This document shows, in pieces, positions 27,279 to 39,835 of a stretch of DNA of 64,000 nt. Source of the DNA: Mytilus edulis (taxonomy: Eukaryota); contig NC_092347.1 in NCBI RefSeq assembly GCF_963676685.1, positions 61,814,001 to 61,878,000 of the forward strand, read 5' to 3'. A program made the position numbers and the translations under genes. The number at the start of each line of letters is the position of its first letter. Position 1 is the stretch's first letter. The notes under the pieces are model-generated. The model was given only the letters and a program-made list of their open reading frames with translations. It had not been told where the DNA came from and did no database searches.

Positions 27279-27745
27279 GTTGTGATGTAAGTTTGTACAA
27301 ATTATAATTTGTACAGGGTTTTTGTATACAATTTATAAGTTTTTTGACACCTTTCTTCTTGCAACAGGTGATACAGGTGTATCCTATAAAATGTACCAGT
27401 GGAATGTTTTAAATTCAAAATATCATACTTCAACCTAAAATTTAGTGCTATTCTTCTTGTCTTCAAACTGGAAATGAGGATACCTGAATGGTTTAAATTC
27501 TAATTTTATTTTTTTCCTTATACCATATTCATCTCCATACAAAATCTGTGTGTGGTGTTATAATGTTTTTGTATCAATGCTCAGTATTAGACTGTATCAT
27601 GAAGTTGTGAAAATATGACAGAAATATGCGAAGCAAAAGACTGTGTGCTTGCATCATCCATTTGTGTTCAACAGATCATGAAACACTGATAACTTGTACA
27701 GAAAATCTGTACAAATTATAATTTGTACAACATTACAACTTGTAC

Positions 27746-27750
<5 letters not shown>
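27279..27750. mobile_element. MITE inserted in (TA)n
   Basis: GTTGTG..CACAAC ends; the 22-bp palindrome TGTACAAATTATAATTTGTACA lies near both ends (27294, 27708). Confidence 0.65.
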
Positions 27751-27783
<33 letters not shown>

Positions 27784-27784
27784 A

Positions 27785-28511
27785 CTATATACATTATGTA
27801 CACAGCCATGTATCACTATCATTGATGGCGATCCGATGGATACATCTGTTGTAGAGTTGTCACTGACTCAGACGTATATATATATATATCCGAAAGCTCT
27901 TTTTTTGAGAGCCCAGGTGGTCGTGTGGTCTAGCGGGACGGCTGCAGTGCAGGCGATTTGGTGTCACGATATCACAGTAGCATGGGTTCGAATCCCGGCG
28001 AGGGAAGAACCAAAAATTTGCGAAAGCAAATTTACAGATCTAACATTGTTGGGTTGATGTTTAGACGAGTTGTATATACATTATGTACACAGCCATGTAT
28101 CACCATCATTGATGGCGATCCGATGGATACATCTGTTGTAGGGTTGTCACTGACTCAGACGTACTTATGAATATAATTATTTTCTGTGACTGTATCTTAC
28201 ATTAATTTGTAGGATCCTTTACTATAGATAATTTAGCTGATCTGTAACAATAACATCTTCATGCCTTATATATCATGTACTGTAGTACGCCGCTAGATTA
28301 AAACTGACGTGGAAAGGTAACACATGCCCACCGAAAGCTCTTTTTTTGAGAGCCCAGGTGGTCGTGTGGTCTAGCGGGACGGCTGCAGTGCAGGCGATTT
28401 GGTGTCACGATATCACAGTAGCATGGGTTCGAATCCCGGCGAGGGAAGAACCAAAAATTTGCGAAAGCAAATTCACAGATCTAACATTGTTGGGTTGATG
28501 TTTAGACGAGT

Positions 28512-28520
<9 letters not shown>
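27785..28520 (+). mobile_element. Tandem ~441-bp unit containing a tRNA-derived SINE (copies at 27911 and 28352)
   Basis: A-box-like TGGTCGTGTGG, B-box GGTTCGAATCC, near-identical copies, (TA)n flanks. Confidence 0.75.
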
Positions 28521-28548
<28 letters not shown>

Positions 28549-30166
28549 TTTAATATATATAATATATGTATATTTCTGCCTATGTGTAGTGAGAACTGCA
28601 AATTATACCTTGTCCATCGGATTTCTTATGATTAAGAAATACCAGGCGTTAGAATATGTATAAAGTGCCTAGAAAATCAACCTAACGATGTTAGAGTAGA
28701 TTTGATTCGTAACTTCCTCCGTGGCATATAATATATATATATATTATTTTTATTTCTAACTACAAAGACTTTGAAAATAAATAGTTCCCCTGAACTTAAG
28801 ATTAAGAACCATATTTAACATGGTTTGGAACTCTCTTTCAATTGATATTTTAATTATTCCAAAGTTATGCCGTGAACGTATCTTTTGATGTGCATCTATA
28901 AAAATGTCATGTGTGCAACATTTAATTGGTGCATGTATCTTCATTTAACTTTTGAGACACGTTATACCTTAGCTCAAAATATTTTGACCTGTACTTATCA
29001 TTCCAAAAACTCTTACGTTTCTCTCAAATACCTAATTATCATTAATATTTTCGTTACTAAGAAAGTGCTTTACATTATCAAACCATCTAAACAATGATCA
29101 CGTTGTATGTCAAATCACCAACAAGGGATCTCGTGGAAGACCACGTTCTTCTTATCCGGAGAATACGTAACAACTTGAAGATATATAACGAAATCAACGT
29201 TTAGTTTTTCATAATAGGAAATCACAGCAGAAGCTATTAATCGTAAGTATACGCAGAAGTATAAAATTTTATTTTATAACATTTGAAAGAGAAATATAAT
29301 CTAAATTGTTGACATAATATAGAAAACGTGTTATCAAGACAAGAAGAAGCTATAAAATTAATGTATATAAAAAAGATGTGGTATAATTTTTTGTATATAT
29401 ATGTCTGTTTGCACTTGTTCCATTTTCTCGTAAGTTCACACTATAGAACTTCACAATTTTCCGTTGTATGCATTTTGTTTTGATTTGTTCATATGGTTAT
29501 TAATTGTATAAAATAGCAAGGCAGGTATACTGGACGAGCTAGAACAACAAACCTTTGTCTGCTGTTCTCGTTTGTAAATTCTAGGTGCATGGACACGGAG
29601 GTTTTTTTTTTTGGGGGGGGGGGGGGGATGAGTCATATTTATATATATTTTTTTTTTGACGCTGTGTTCACTGAAATGGTTAGCAGTTAAGAATTTTGTT
29701 TGTCAAAGATTTACAAAATCTTTAACTTTATTATTTTTTTTAACATTGGCATTACTATTTTTTTTAATTTTTTTTATTTTCTAGCAATGTGCAGTTTACT
29801 TTCCATATCCGATGTATACTGAAAGATCTATTTTCACTGAAAATTGTTTCAGCTTTTAAGCAATTTTAAACATATCTACTTATATGCATGTGTGCTCATA
29901 CCAACACAACCATATATCGAAAGCAGTTACGTTTGGAGGAAAGTAAGCTGAAATGATCCAGAAACTTTATTGAAAATATCTGAAAGATACTTATAGAAAT
30001 AGTTAAAAGGCTCCATGCACGCATCAAGCGTCTGTTGCAGTGTGTTTGTGAAAGCAACGAAAGTAATGTCTAGACTAAAATAGAAAAAAAAAACTACAGT
30101 AATGAAACAAAACCATAATAATTATATGAATAAAGGATCATATTTTTTTCTTTACAGATATTAAAA

Positions 30167-33100
30167 ATGTGGAGTTCCATTTTATCATTCGTTAGCCTTG
30201 TTTTAGTTGTGCAAGCCGCCACCGACTATGTGAAACCATGGTTTTGTCATAAACTTGATTGTCCGAAATTTACAGTTTTGCAGAACACGACAGTAAGTTT
30301 CATATAGTTTACTATTAATGGATTATTCGTGTCAGTTATAAGTTAAAAATATAAAGGAGGAAGTAAAAAAATGTTTTGAGAAATTCGAGTTTGTTTAAAA
30401 TTAACAGGATGTTTTTGCTATAAATAAAAAAAAAATCCCATTTTTACTTGTTTCGCTAGTGATTTTCATTAGTTTTACAATTCTTTCGAGGGAGAACTTT
30501 TATCTTACCGAAATCATAAATTTGTTCTGAAAAAGATCATATTAAAAAACTGCCATTTCTTGTGGGATTAAATCATGGAGGGTTATTGTTAAAGACAAAG
30601 GAGAAGCAGCAGTTCTTACAAACAACGATTTACTATAAAGTAGTTCAATCAGTAAACGAAGAACTTTTATGTCATGTTAGAAATAGAGATTTCAAACCAT
30701 ATGTTCCCATTCAGAAGCATTGATTGTCAAAAAAGGGGGTCCAATCCGCGAACCCCCTCACCTCCCCTGGATCGGTCACTAACCAACTACAGATCAACTT
30801 GCAACTCTAAAAAGATACAAATTAAAATTTCCAATACATTTGGATGATGAATATATTAATGACATGTTCTTTTAGGACTACCAACTACGACACTATATTC
30901 CATCAAAATGGGTAGCAACAAACATGACAGTTACCACTTATAGCCATGGTCAGTTGTTCCAGAAACTTTTCCAATACATATCAGGAAATAATGTTCCAGG
31001 TCAGTAGAGTAAAACAAATACATAACTATATGTTGTCAACACAGAGATAGCATTCACTTCTAACAAAAATGCAATTTTGTTACTTTGCATATAAAAAATA
31101 ACTTCAGAAAAATGTGTATGCGTGGAGCTCATATCTTCCGAAAACTTTGACAACACATGAGACCAAATTCAAAAAGAAAAGAGATGTGAGTCAAAAGTAC
31201 ACAATCCATCGATACATTCATTGTAACCAAAAGAAAAGAGATGTGAGTCAAAAGTAAACAATCCATCGATACATTCATTGTAAAAAAAAGAAAAGAGATG
31301 CTAGTCAAAAGTCAGAAATCCGTCGCTACATTCAGTGGGACCAAAAGACAAAAAAAAGTCAATAAACGGTCTTCAGTCAAGTTTGAAGTCGACCCGAGTC
31401 TAAAGACAATTCTACAAACTACAAAATATCTGCCATCATCACTGAATGAAAGATATCATAAGCAACCATGCCATTGTGCTGAATTTATTAGTTTGTATAG
31501 TACTAAAACGTAACCAGATTAAAGAAAAAAGGCATGGTACTGTTGTAATTGCTAAAACAATTTCAGAGTAAAGTTATGTTTAATATAACCCCACACCTAT
31601 ATAAAACGCTAAATGGTTTTAGTTCGACAATTCAAGATTGACCTGTAATGGTTTGCTTTTATGGATTGTTATTTGGATGGAGAGTTGTCTCATTGGAACT
31701 CACACCATCTATTGTTATAATTTACAAATAATAAACAATACCTAATCTTTTCAAAGGACAAAAAGTGGAAATGACAGCTCCCGTTGTAACCACTGTAATA
31801 CCAGATACAGATGGAACTACTATGTACATCATGCACTTTATGATTCCCTACACAGTACAGGCCAATACTCCTGTTCCTAATGACAGCGATGTTTACTTGG
31901 TAGATGTGCCAGCAATGGACGTTTACGTAAAGTAAGTTATTTTATCTTGATATTTGAAAGGCAATTTGGCATTGCTTTTGTTCATAATCGAATAAAACAG
32001 AATTACCTTACACTACTGGCAAATGTCAAAAAATGTCTTATTGGAATGCAGAAATTGAGTAAGTTTTGTTCAGCTCTATTTTAAACGTTAATCGCAGATG
32101 CAGATCATGACAAGATTTTGAAAATGAGACAAGGACGCAAACAAAGACAACGTTTCACTCTCTATATAGGTCTGGTTAAACTGATACAATATAAAAAAAA
32201 ACTCTTCATGAGTGGGACTTGAATACGCGTTAACCATATATGTAAATTAATTCACCTTGAATCGTTCTATTAGTGAAGCATTTACTTCATACAATGAACT
32301 CGATGCTAGTGGTCTACTGTCCGGACCTCACCTGTCCTTCATCGTGCTTGACCAATTATTTTTACTTGGTCAGTATGTTTTTAACACAAGTTATCAGTTT
32401 GAGAGTCACTAAATATGGTCTAAATTGAATCAAAGAGAGATGTGCAGTGATAGATGTTTAGTTGAAACTGGATAAAATGAATCAAAGGAGATCATCATAT
32501 GTGCAAATAATTAAAAGACATCCATAGAGGAACGGCCTGTCCGTACCTATAACTCTCCATAACTTATAAGTACATTGTTTTAGAATGAAATTCAAAACAG
32601 TGTGGCTGTGGCCATTGATTGACACATTAAAATTCATCCATTGACTGGGACAATTTAGGTGAACGTTTGTATGTAACGACCACTGCTCACTATGTACTTT
32701 TTAAAGACACTGAAACAATGGGGTCACCAAAGTTTCTTAACACCTTAATAAAGTAATTCGAAAAATTATTCAGAAATAACATGATGTTTTGATTTATATC
32801 AATTATATAAATCAAAACATAAAGTTTATTCCTGATTAATTTTTCGAATTATTTTATAATTAAACGTGTTAAGAAACCTTTGGTAACCCCACAGTTTAAA
32901 TGTCTATCGTAGGTACGTCGTGAACAGTGGTCGTTACAGACAAACGTTCACGTAAATTGTCCCAGTCAATGGATGAATTTAATGTGTCAATCAATGGCCA
33001 CAGCCACACTGTTTTGAATTTCATTCTATAGATAAAATCAACGTCAGACAAAACCAATCAACAACACAAATAACCTAAATAAAAATATTGGAGTATAATG

Positions 33101-34488
33101 TAAATCGTGTGAATTCTATTTCGTTTGTATCAACGTGCCTGAGGAACACTTGTCAAACAATATTATGTAATTTAAGACTGGAGGAGTAAAGCTGCTGTAA
33201 AACGCCCATGTAATTTTTTAAAGTTTTTTTTGTCATATATATATTTATTTCAATGTTCTTGATTTTAAAATAGCTGTACAGATTTCACTCATTATATAAA
33301 TAATATACGGTCTGACGCCCTCACGCGAGTATTGTTCTCCCACTGTCTTTTAAAGCTTATTACGAAAACATTTTACATAACTGGTGTTGATATATGTCTT
33401 TTCTTCGTGTAACAATTGAAATGTATATTTTTTTCCATTTTAATTCTTTTTCCAATAAGTATGAAACTAAAGTATGATATGTCTGCGGTATTTGCGGTGC
33501 TCGGTATATTGAGCTTGACATATTTGTTACTCCCACAAAGCCATAAAGCTTTATTTAACCTGGTATAATACGATTCTCGTACAGTTAGTATGTAATGAAA
33601 GAAATGTCAAATTCCACAGTTCTAGTTCAAGGAGAAGATTATTCATGTTATTGGTACAATGATGTAAGAAATAATGGAAAAACGAGACTGTCAATGTCAA
33701 TGCTAAAAGATGTCGCTTGAATTGCTAATATTCGTATACAGAAAGATTTTTGAATCTTCAAGCTCTAATAAATGAAAGTCTATTGTTAGAGTAAATACAT
33801 TTAAAAAAGAATATAATCCTGTCATTATTATAGCTATCATGCAGTGATGGCAAATTTATGTAATGGTTTATGGTATTGCATATTAAGACTCTGAAGTGCA
33901 TAGTCTGTCAAACTTAATTACGCTACAAATAAAAGCAGACCTTAATTTATATCATAGTGATAGTTTGTAAAAGTACAAACAAAACAAATACATTAATCTG
34001 TATATGAAAAGTATACATATTGAGAAATCATAACTACTTCCTTTTAACAAAATACAAATAAGCCCAGGTGGTCGTGTGGTCTAGAGGGACGGCTGCAGTG
34101 CAGGCGATTTGGTGTCACAGTAGCATGGGTTCGAATCCCGGCGAGGGAAGAACCAAAAATTTGCGTAAGCAAATTTACAGATCTAACATTGTTGGGTTGA
34201 TGTTTAGACGAGTTGTATATATATATACCAAAAATATCTTAGGCCTAATACAATTGAATATTGTGATCACTCATTTACATATGTTTTCTGATATTTTATT
34301 TTAGATCATTTGGTGGATTCGCCAGAGACAATACCTACGTCACAAAATTACAGGAACTAAAAACAAGTTTAGACACTAGTGCTACCAATTTATATGATTC
34401 CTCTCAGTTCTTCACACTTGGATATGACAGTCCATTTGCCTTTATTAACAGACATAACGAAGTGTGGCTTCAAGCCGTGAAAGCATAA
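30167..34488 (+). CDS. SOUL/heme-binding protein 2-like with N-terminal signal peptide, 4 coding exons, 202 aa
   Basis: Exons 30167-30292 (MWSSILSFVSLVLVVQA..PWFCHKLDCPKF), 30876-30999 (YQLRHY..KWV..FQKLFQYISGNN), 31757-31931 (KVEMTAPV..VYVK) and 34305-34488 (SFGG..GYDSPF..NRHNEVW) give all hallmark SOUL motifs. AATAAA at 34525. Confidence 0.92.
31172..31345. repeat. ~57-bp tandem repeat, 3 copies
   Basis: AAAAGAAAAGAGATGTGAGTCAAAAGT..ATACATTCATTGTAA repeated. Confidence 0.75.
32581..33028. mobile_element. ~450-bp fold-back element in SOUL intron 3
   Basis: The two halves are reverse complements (TAGAATGAAATTCAAAACAGTGTGGCTGTGGCC .. GGCCACAGCCACACTGTTTTGAATTTCATTCTA). Confidence 0.85.
34062..34228 (+). 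mobile_element. Solo tRNA-derived SINE in SOUL intron 3
   Basis: Same sequence as 27911-28078 with a ~9-nt deletion; (TA)n tail. Confidence 0.75.
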
Positions 34489-37400
34489 ACAAAAATGTAT
34501 TGTCTTATAGTGTACATATTTGTAAATAAATCGTTTCACATAAATATTTGTGAGAAAATAATAACGTGTGTTTGTTTGTTTTTCGACAAACCAAAGACAA
34601 AAATAATTTGTACATATACTGCAAGAAAAAATTGTCAAAAACGTCTATTAATGAAAACCTGTCGTAAAAAGAAGATAGAAATACCATACACATTCATGCT
34701 AAAATTTGCCCATGCAACTGAACAGAGTTGGAACAATTTTTTGAGTTCTTGGTATAAAGTCATCATTCTTAGGGTTAAATTTCTGCAGGTAGAATCTAAC
34801 TTTATTTCAATACTGAATCCCATATATTAATATGAAAATGGATTATCAAGTTTATTATAAGCTTTTCAAGTTCGCCAAAATGTGATATCTATATTCCTCC
34901 TGTAATCGTTTTCTTCTGATTCTTTTGAGATGGAAGAGGGTAACATTATTTTCGACAGAATTTGGGTCCCTAAATTCTGAATTCTTTAATTTTTTCACAC
35001 ATTTTTCCGGCTCTATTCTTTATATTTTTGTTCACTGTTCTCTATTTTTTTTTTTTCATACATTTTTTCTATATTCTTTATTTGTCGATCCAATTTTCCG
35101 TAGTGTTGGTCCATAATTCTCTTTTCTGTAAACCCTATTTTGACCCTCAGAATACCCCATATTCTTTCTTTTTCTATTATTTATCATATAAGGGTTTTTA
35201 AGGGCTAGCCTGGCGGACTCAAGCTAATACTTTGTAGATAGGTTCGGGCGTAATGCAAACTTCTGCCGAGCAGCGAGCCAGGGTCACAGGCTAGAGGAGG
35301 GCTATTAAGTTTTCATGGACATTGTTTGTATGTTTGTCTCAAGCTATTTTTATTTTATTTACACTGATATTCATAACAAACAACTTAAATTAACAGCAAC
35401 GGATACATATCACTGAAAGGATTAGAATTTTAGTGCATATATACTCAATTCTATATATAGTATTGCAGTAACTAAATAAAAAAAATGATTTTATCGTGAC
35501 TAAAAGCATTAATTCTTCCCCACGCATTCAAGTGATTTTAATAATATCCTCATTTATAATTTAAAATATTAGATTGTGCTACAAATATCTATATGTGTAA
35601 GCTAATTGATTAATAAGTACACCAATAATTAGAATAACTTGCACATTACAAGACTGTCGACCCAGCATTTTAAGCAGACGTTTTAATTTGTTCTTAACAG
35701 TGAATTTTCTAGGGAAAGATCGTATATCAATTTGATATTTTGTAACACAGAAATCAGTCTTCTCTTGATGGCGTCCAATTTTTTTTTCTTCAAAATGTTG
35801 ATTTAAAACTCAACACTTCGGACGTATGGTGTAATAGCTTCCTTGAAAGCAGCAACTGCATATCTATCAAGGAATCATGATAGGAGATGTAAGCTCGGCA
35901 ATATCGTATCAACTGGGAGATATATATTGCATATGCAGGCGGTACTGGAGTGTTACTATATACGTAGAAATGTAAAGTTCACTATTTGAAACTGAAATCC
36001 TTCCTCTCTGTTGTCGTAAAGTTATGTGCTCAACTGACCCTTGTTTTTAATTTCAAGATGTAAGACATAATACGAGGAGTACTGAACAGTATCTGGTGTA
36101 TCCTTTATTTTAAAATCGAGGATGGGAAAATGCGTTCAACATATTCACCTTACTTTGAATCATTTAGTGAAAGGACATTCCAAAATACCCAATTTTACTA
36201 TCCATACCATAAGAAACAAATTATGGATAGTAAAATTGGGTATTTTCTCTGAGTCGTTTAAATCACTCGAAACTAGGTGAGACATTCGCAGTAGTGGTAG
36301 ATAAAATTATGTAGCATAAATAAAGAACATTGAATGTTTTAATAAAAAAAAAATATATATCTGTATCATATACCCAAGCGCCTGTGGTCATGACAATTCG
36401 TGTACTATACGTGAAACAAATGAAAGGGGAAACCCAACGGCTTGATTTAAAACCAAAATAATAAACTAAAAACAATTAATTATAACTTAATTAAGAGACA
36501 GCAAACAACGACAGCCACAGAGTTACAGGTTCCGGAATTAGGACAGGCACATATTGAATGTGCCTGAATTATACATGTTTGTGTTTTTCTGTGTTTTGGG
36601 CAAACAATAAAGGCGGAGAATAACTGTATATTAGAAAAATAGTAAACATAAAAATTATTGATTTTATATTCTTGACGAAAATGTTGCAGAGTGTCCACTT
36701 AGACCCTAGGTGAGCGACACATGCCCGTTTAGAGCCTTTAGTTCGTCACTCCAGACCAGATCATAATGAAAGTACTGTTTGCCAAAATCTTTATAGATTC
36801 TAACACAATGTTATGTAACACAAAATACAGGTCATATTTAATTAAAATTTTGTTTTTTATTATCTTTTTTTTCTGTAAACGGCTGACTATCTGATAATTA
36901 GAGCATTCAGTCACAGGTGCCATTCTCACATATTGGACTCATGTCCTAACTTACACCTAGTTTGAATCTGGATGTTCACTTTATTTTATTTCAGGTATTC
37001 GGTTTAGTATGATTCTTTTAGTTGAGATCAATGATACAAACAGGACCAGGAACAATGTTACTTACATCTTGGGCTTGCGAAGATGTGTTACAATAAACCT
37101 GAACGAATTTGATAAGGTCCTTTATATACACTCGTTTACGGGACGTAAATGTTATATCGATGTCTCACTCTATCCGTCCCTTTGCAGTTTATCAGAAGTG
37201 TTGCATACAAATATTCAGCTAAAACGACTTGAAATATGCAAATTTTGCGCTCAGTGTCTTCGTCAAACTAGTTACTATCTTATATTTGAAAAGTTCTATA
37301 TTACGTGACGTGACAGGGGCGGATCCAGCGATTAAAAAAAAGGGGGGTTCCTAACCCAGGACAAATGGGGGTTACAACTACATGTCCCTATTCAAATGCA

Positions 37401-38055
37401 TTGATCCGCGTCCAAAAAAGGGGGGTTCCAACCTCTGGACCCCCCTTTTTGGATCCGCGCCTGTGTGTGGTGTCTAAAGTGCATAGAAAATCAACCTCAC
37501 AATGTAAGAGTAGATCTGATTCGTAACTTCGAGACTTTTAAAATAAAATTATCCTGCTCAAAATACAACTCATGTGTCTTTAGCTCATGGCTTGTGTTTT
37601 CCGCAGTCCTGTCATCCGAGTATTTATAAATGCCTGCATGGCGCAAATCAAGTTTATGAAGAAACTGAATAGAGTAAAAGAAAAAACTACGAAAGAAAAA
37701 ACTTGTGCTAATGAAGTGCAGATTGACGGAAATACAAAACGCCGCAAAATAAAAACTATAAAACAAAATATAAGAATTAAAGTTGAGTTTAAATGGTGCC
37801 CGTCTTTTTTTTATTTCCGGATTTGTAATCCGTTATTGTTTTTGGTATTATGATATCCTTGCGCATTTATTAGAATTATTTTGTTCTGTTGTTTTGTAGA
37901 CTACTTTACACACACATGGTTGAATGTAAATAGAAAGTTTTGAATTCCATAAATGATATGTAAAAGAAGTTATACGTCAATAAAATTTAAATGGTAACCT
38001 TCCAAATAAACGGTTAAATTCGCTTTATATGTCGCGTAAGATTTTCCTGCAAGCT

Positions 38056-38069
38056 GTTGCTAGGTCAAC
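38056..38069 (+). promoter_or_regulatory. RFX X-box-like motif, possible ARMC6 promoter region
   Basis: GTTGCTAGGTCAAC ~1.8 kb upstream of the ARMC6 ATG. The ATG sits right after a splice acceptor, so a non-coding first exon must lie upstream. Confidence 0.25.
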
Positions 38070-39835
38070 GTAAACACGAATAAACATGTGAAACTATATA
38101 TAGTCTAAATCTATTGTAAATATGAATCACTGCTTCTAGACTAATGGTCGAAGAAGTATAAGGTCCACCTTTCCATACATATAAGATTAGAGAATACTGA
38201 TTTTAACGCAACAATACAATTAATTCCAGTTTAACAAGGTAATATATTTTCATTTTCATAAGAATCATTGACCGTTTTTCTTGGTCAGTTCGTGAATTCA
38301 CGACAGTTGATGATGATCTGAGGCTGAGTTGGATTCATTCTTGTGTCATAGACAGACAAAGACTACAAGAAAAAGTTATGGTGAACTTTAACCAGTCGGA
38401 CACTGTGTTTTATTATATTCACAAAGCTTTGAATTTTCAATTGAAATATTGCTTCAGTATCTTCAATTGTAGAATTTTCTAGAACACTGTCATTCACAAA
38501 CCTAAAATTAGATTGCCTTTGACAATGGACTTTGATAGATATAATCATTAATATTGACCTGTGGTGAATTGTTTACCAGTCTTCTTCCAATACAGTAGTA
38601 GTATTCCTCTAAATGAGTATTATTGCACTATAGTCTACACCTTATCGCTAGTCCCTACTGACTCGAGAATCTGTACCGCTTGAACTATTGACTTAGGACA
38701 TACCATACAACAATCACTTATTCCCCAACCCCTGTTTCATTTGACAATCAATGCATTTGAAAGGGGACATATGGGTTTGACCCCCTCCCCCCATTTTATC
38801 ATGGTTTGAAAACCCCCTTTTAATAGTGGCTGGATCTATTGATGTCACACTGACTCAAACAACAACAGTGGCTGATATAGGGGTTTGAAACCCCCCTCCT
38901 TTTTTTTTGATGATCATGGGGGCATATGGTTAGAACAACCCCCCTTTTAGAATTGGCTGGATCACCCTCCACCATGAACAATTACATGTACTTTTTCTTT
39001 GTGTCATCAGAAATTTACAATTTAACTTCAAAATTTCCAGTATTGGTGGAGATAGAAATAAGGTGATTTACTTGAGTGTGTAAAATTTCCTTAAAAAAAT
39101 GAAAAAAAGGTATTGAACTTCAAAATTTAACTATATACATGTACAAATGTAGCTGTTTATGGCAGTGTAACTTTGATAAAATCATTCTAACATTCAAATC
39201 AGTTCTTAGAAGTTCCTTTATGTACATGTATTGAATGACAATCTATTAGGTCCATTTGACACACTACATCCCTTTTTCTGTTCATTTGGTACTTGTAAAA
39301 TATGTACATGTATAATACATGTAATATCAATTGTGACATTAATGTTCAGATTTTATTATGTTTTACTTTATAGAAATTCTATCCTTAAATTTTGTGGTTG
39401 AATTCAAAAGTTGTTGTAATTCAAAGGGTCCTCAAGCGTTTGATATTAAAAAGCAAAAACAAATATCACTTGTACATGTACCTTACTTTTTGTGTAATTA
39501 ACATTAAACATGTTTAATAGGATGTTAAGAAAAAAACAAAAGTTCTGTAAGTGTATCTGGTCCTGTTACATTATTGACTGTGTTTCATTACAAGTTTTAT
39601 AAAAAAAAAAAAAATTACTGGAAGTCTAAAATATTTGCTTTTAAACTTTCCATGATCATGATGATGAAGCAGTAGCCATTGTGTCATCTCTCTGATATAT
39701 AGGGAAAAAATACTCTCAACTTTTATTAAATCTTTTAAAAAAGTATGGAGAACAAGAAACTTTAACATGATTCATACATGTTAGTTCAAATTTTATATAC
39801 AATGTAAAGTGTAAAATTTTCATTTATGATTGTAG

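Noticed and set aside
27911-28005. Functional tRNA gene (e.g. tRNA-Sec/Leu/Ser)
   Set aside because: A and B boxes are present, but the acceptor and anticodon stems do not pair and it continues into a repeat body; treated as a SINE head.
35206-35293. TAGCCTG..CAGGCTA short element
   Set aside because: Only 7-bp termini and no clean TSD.
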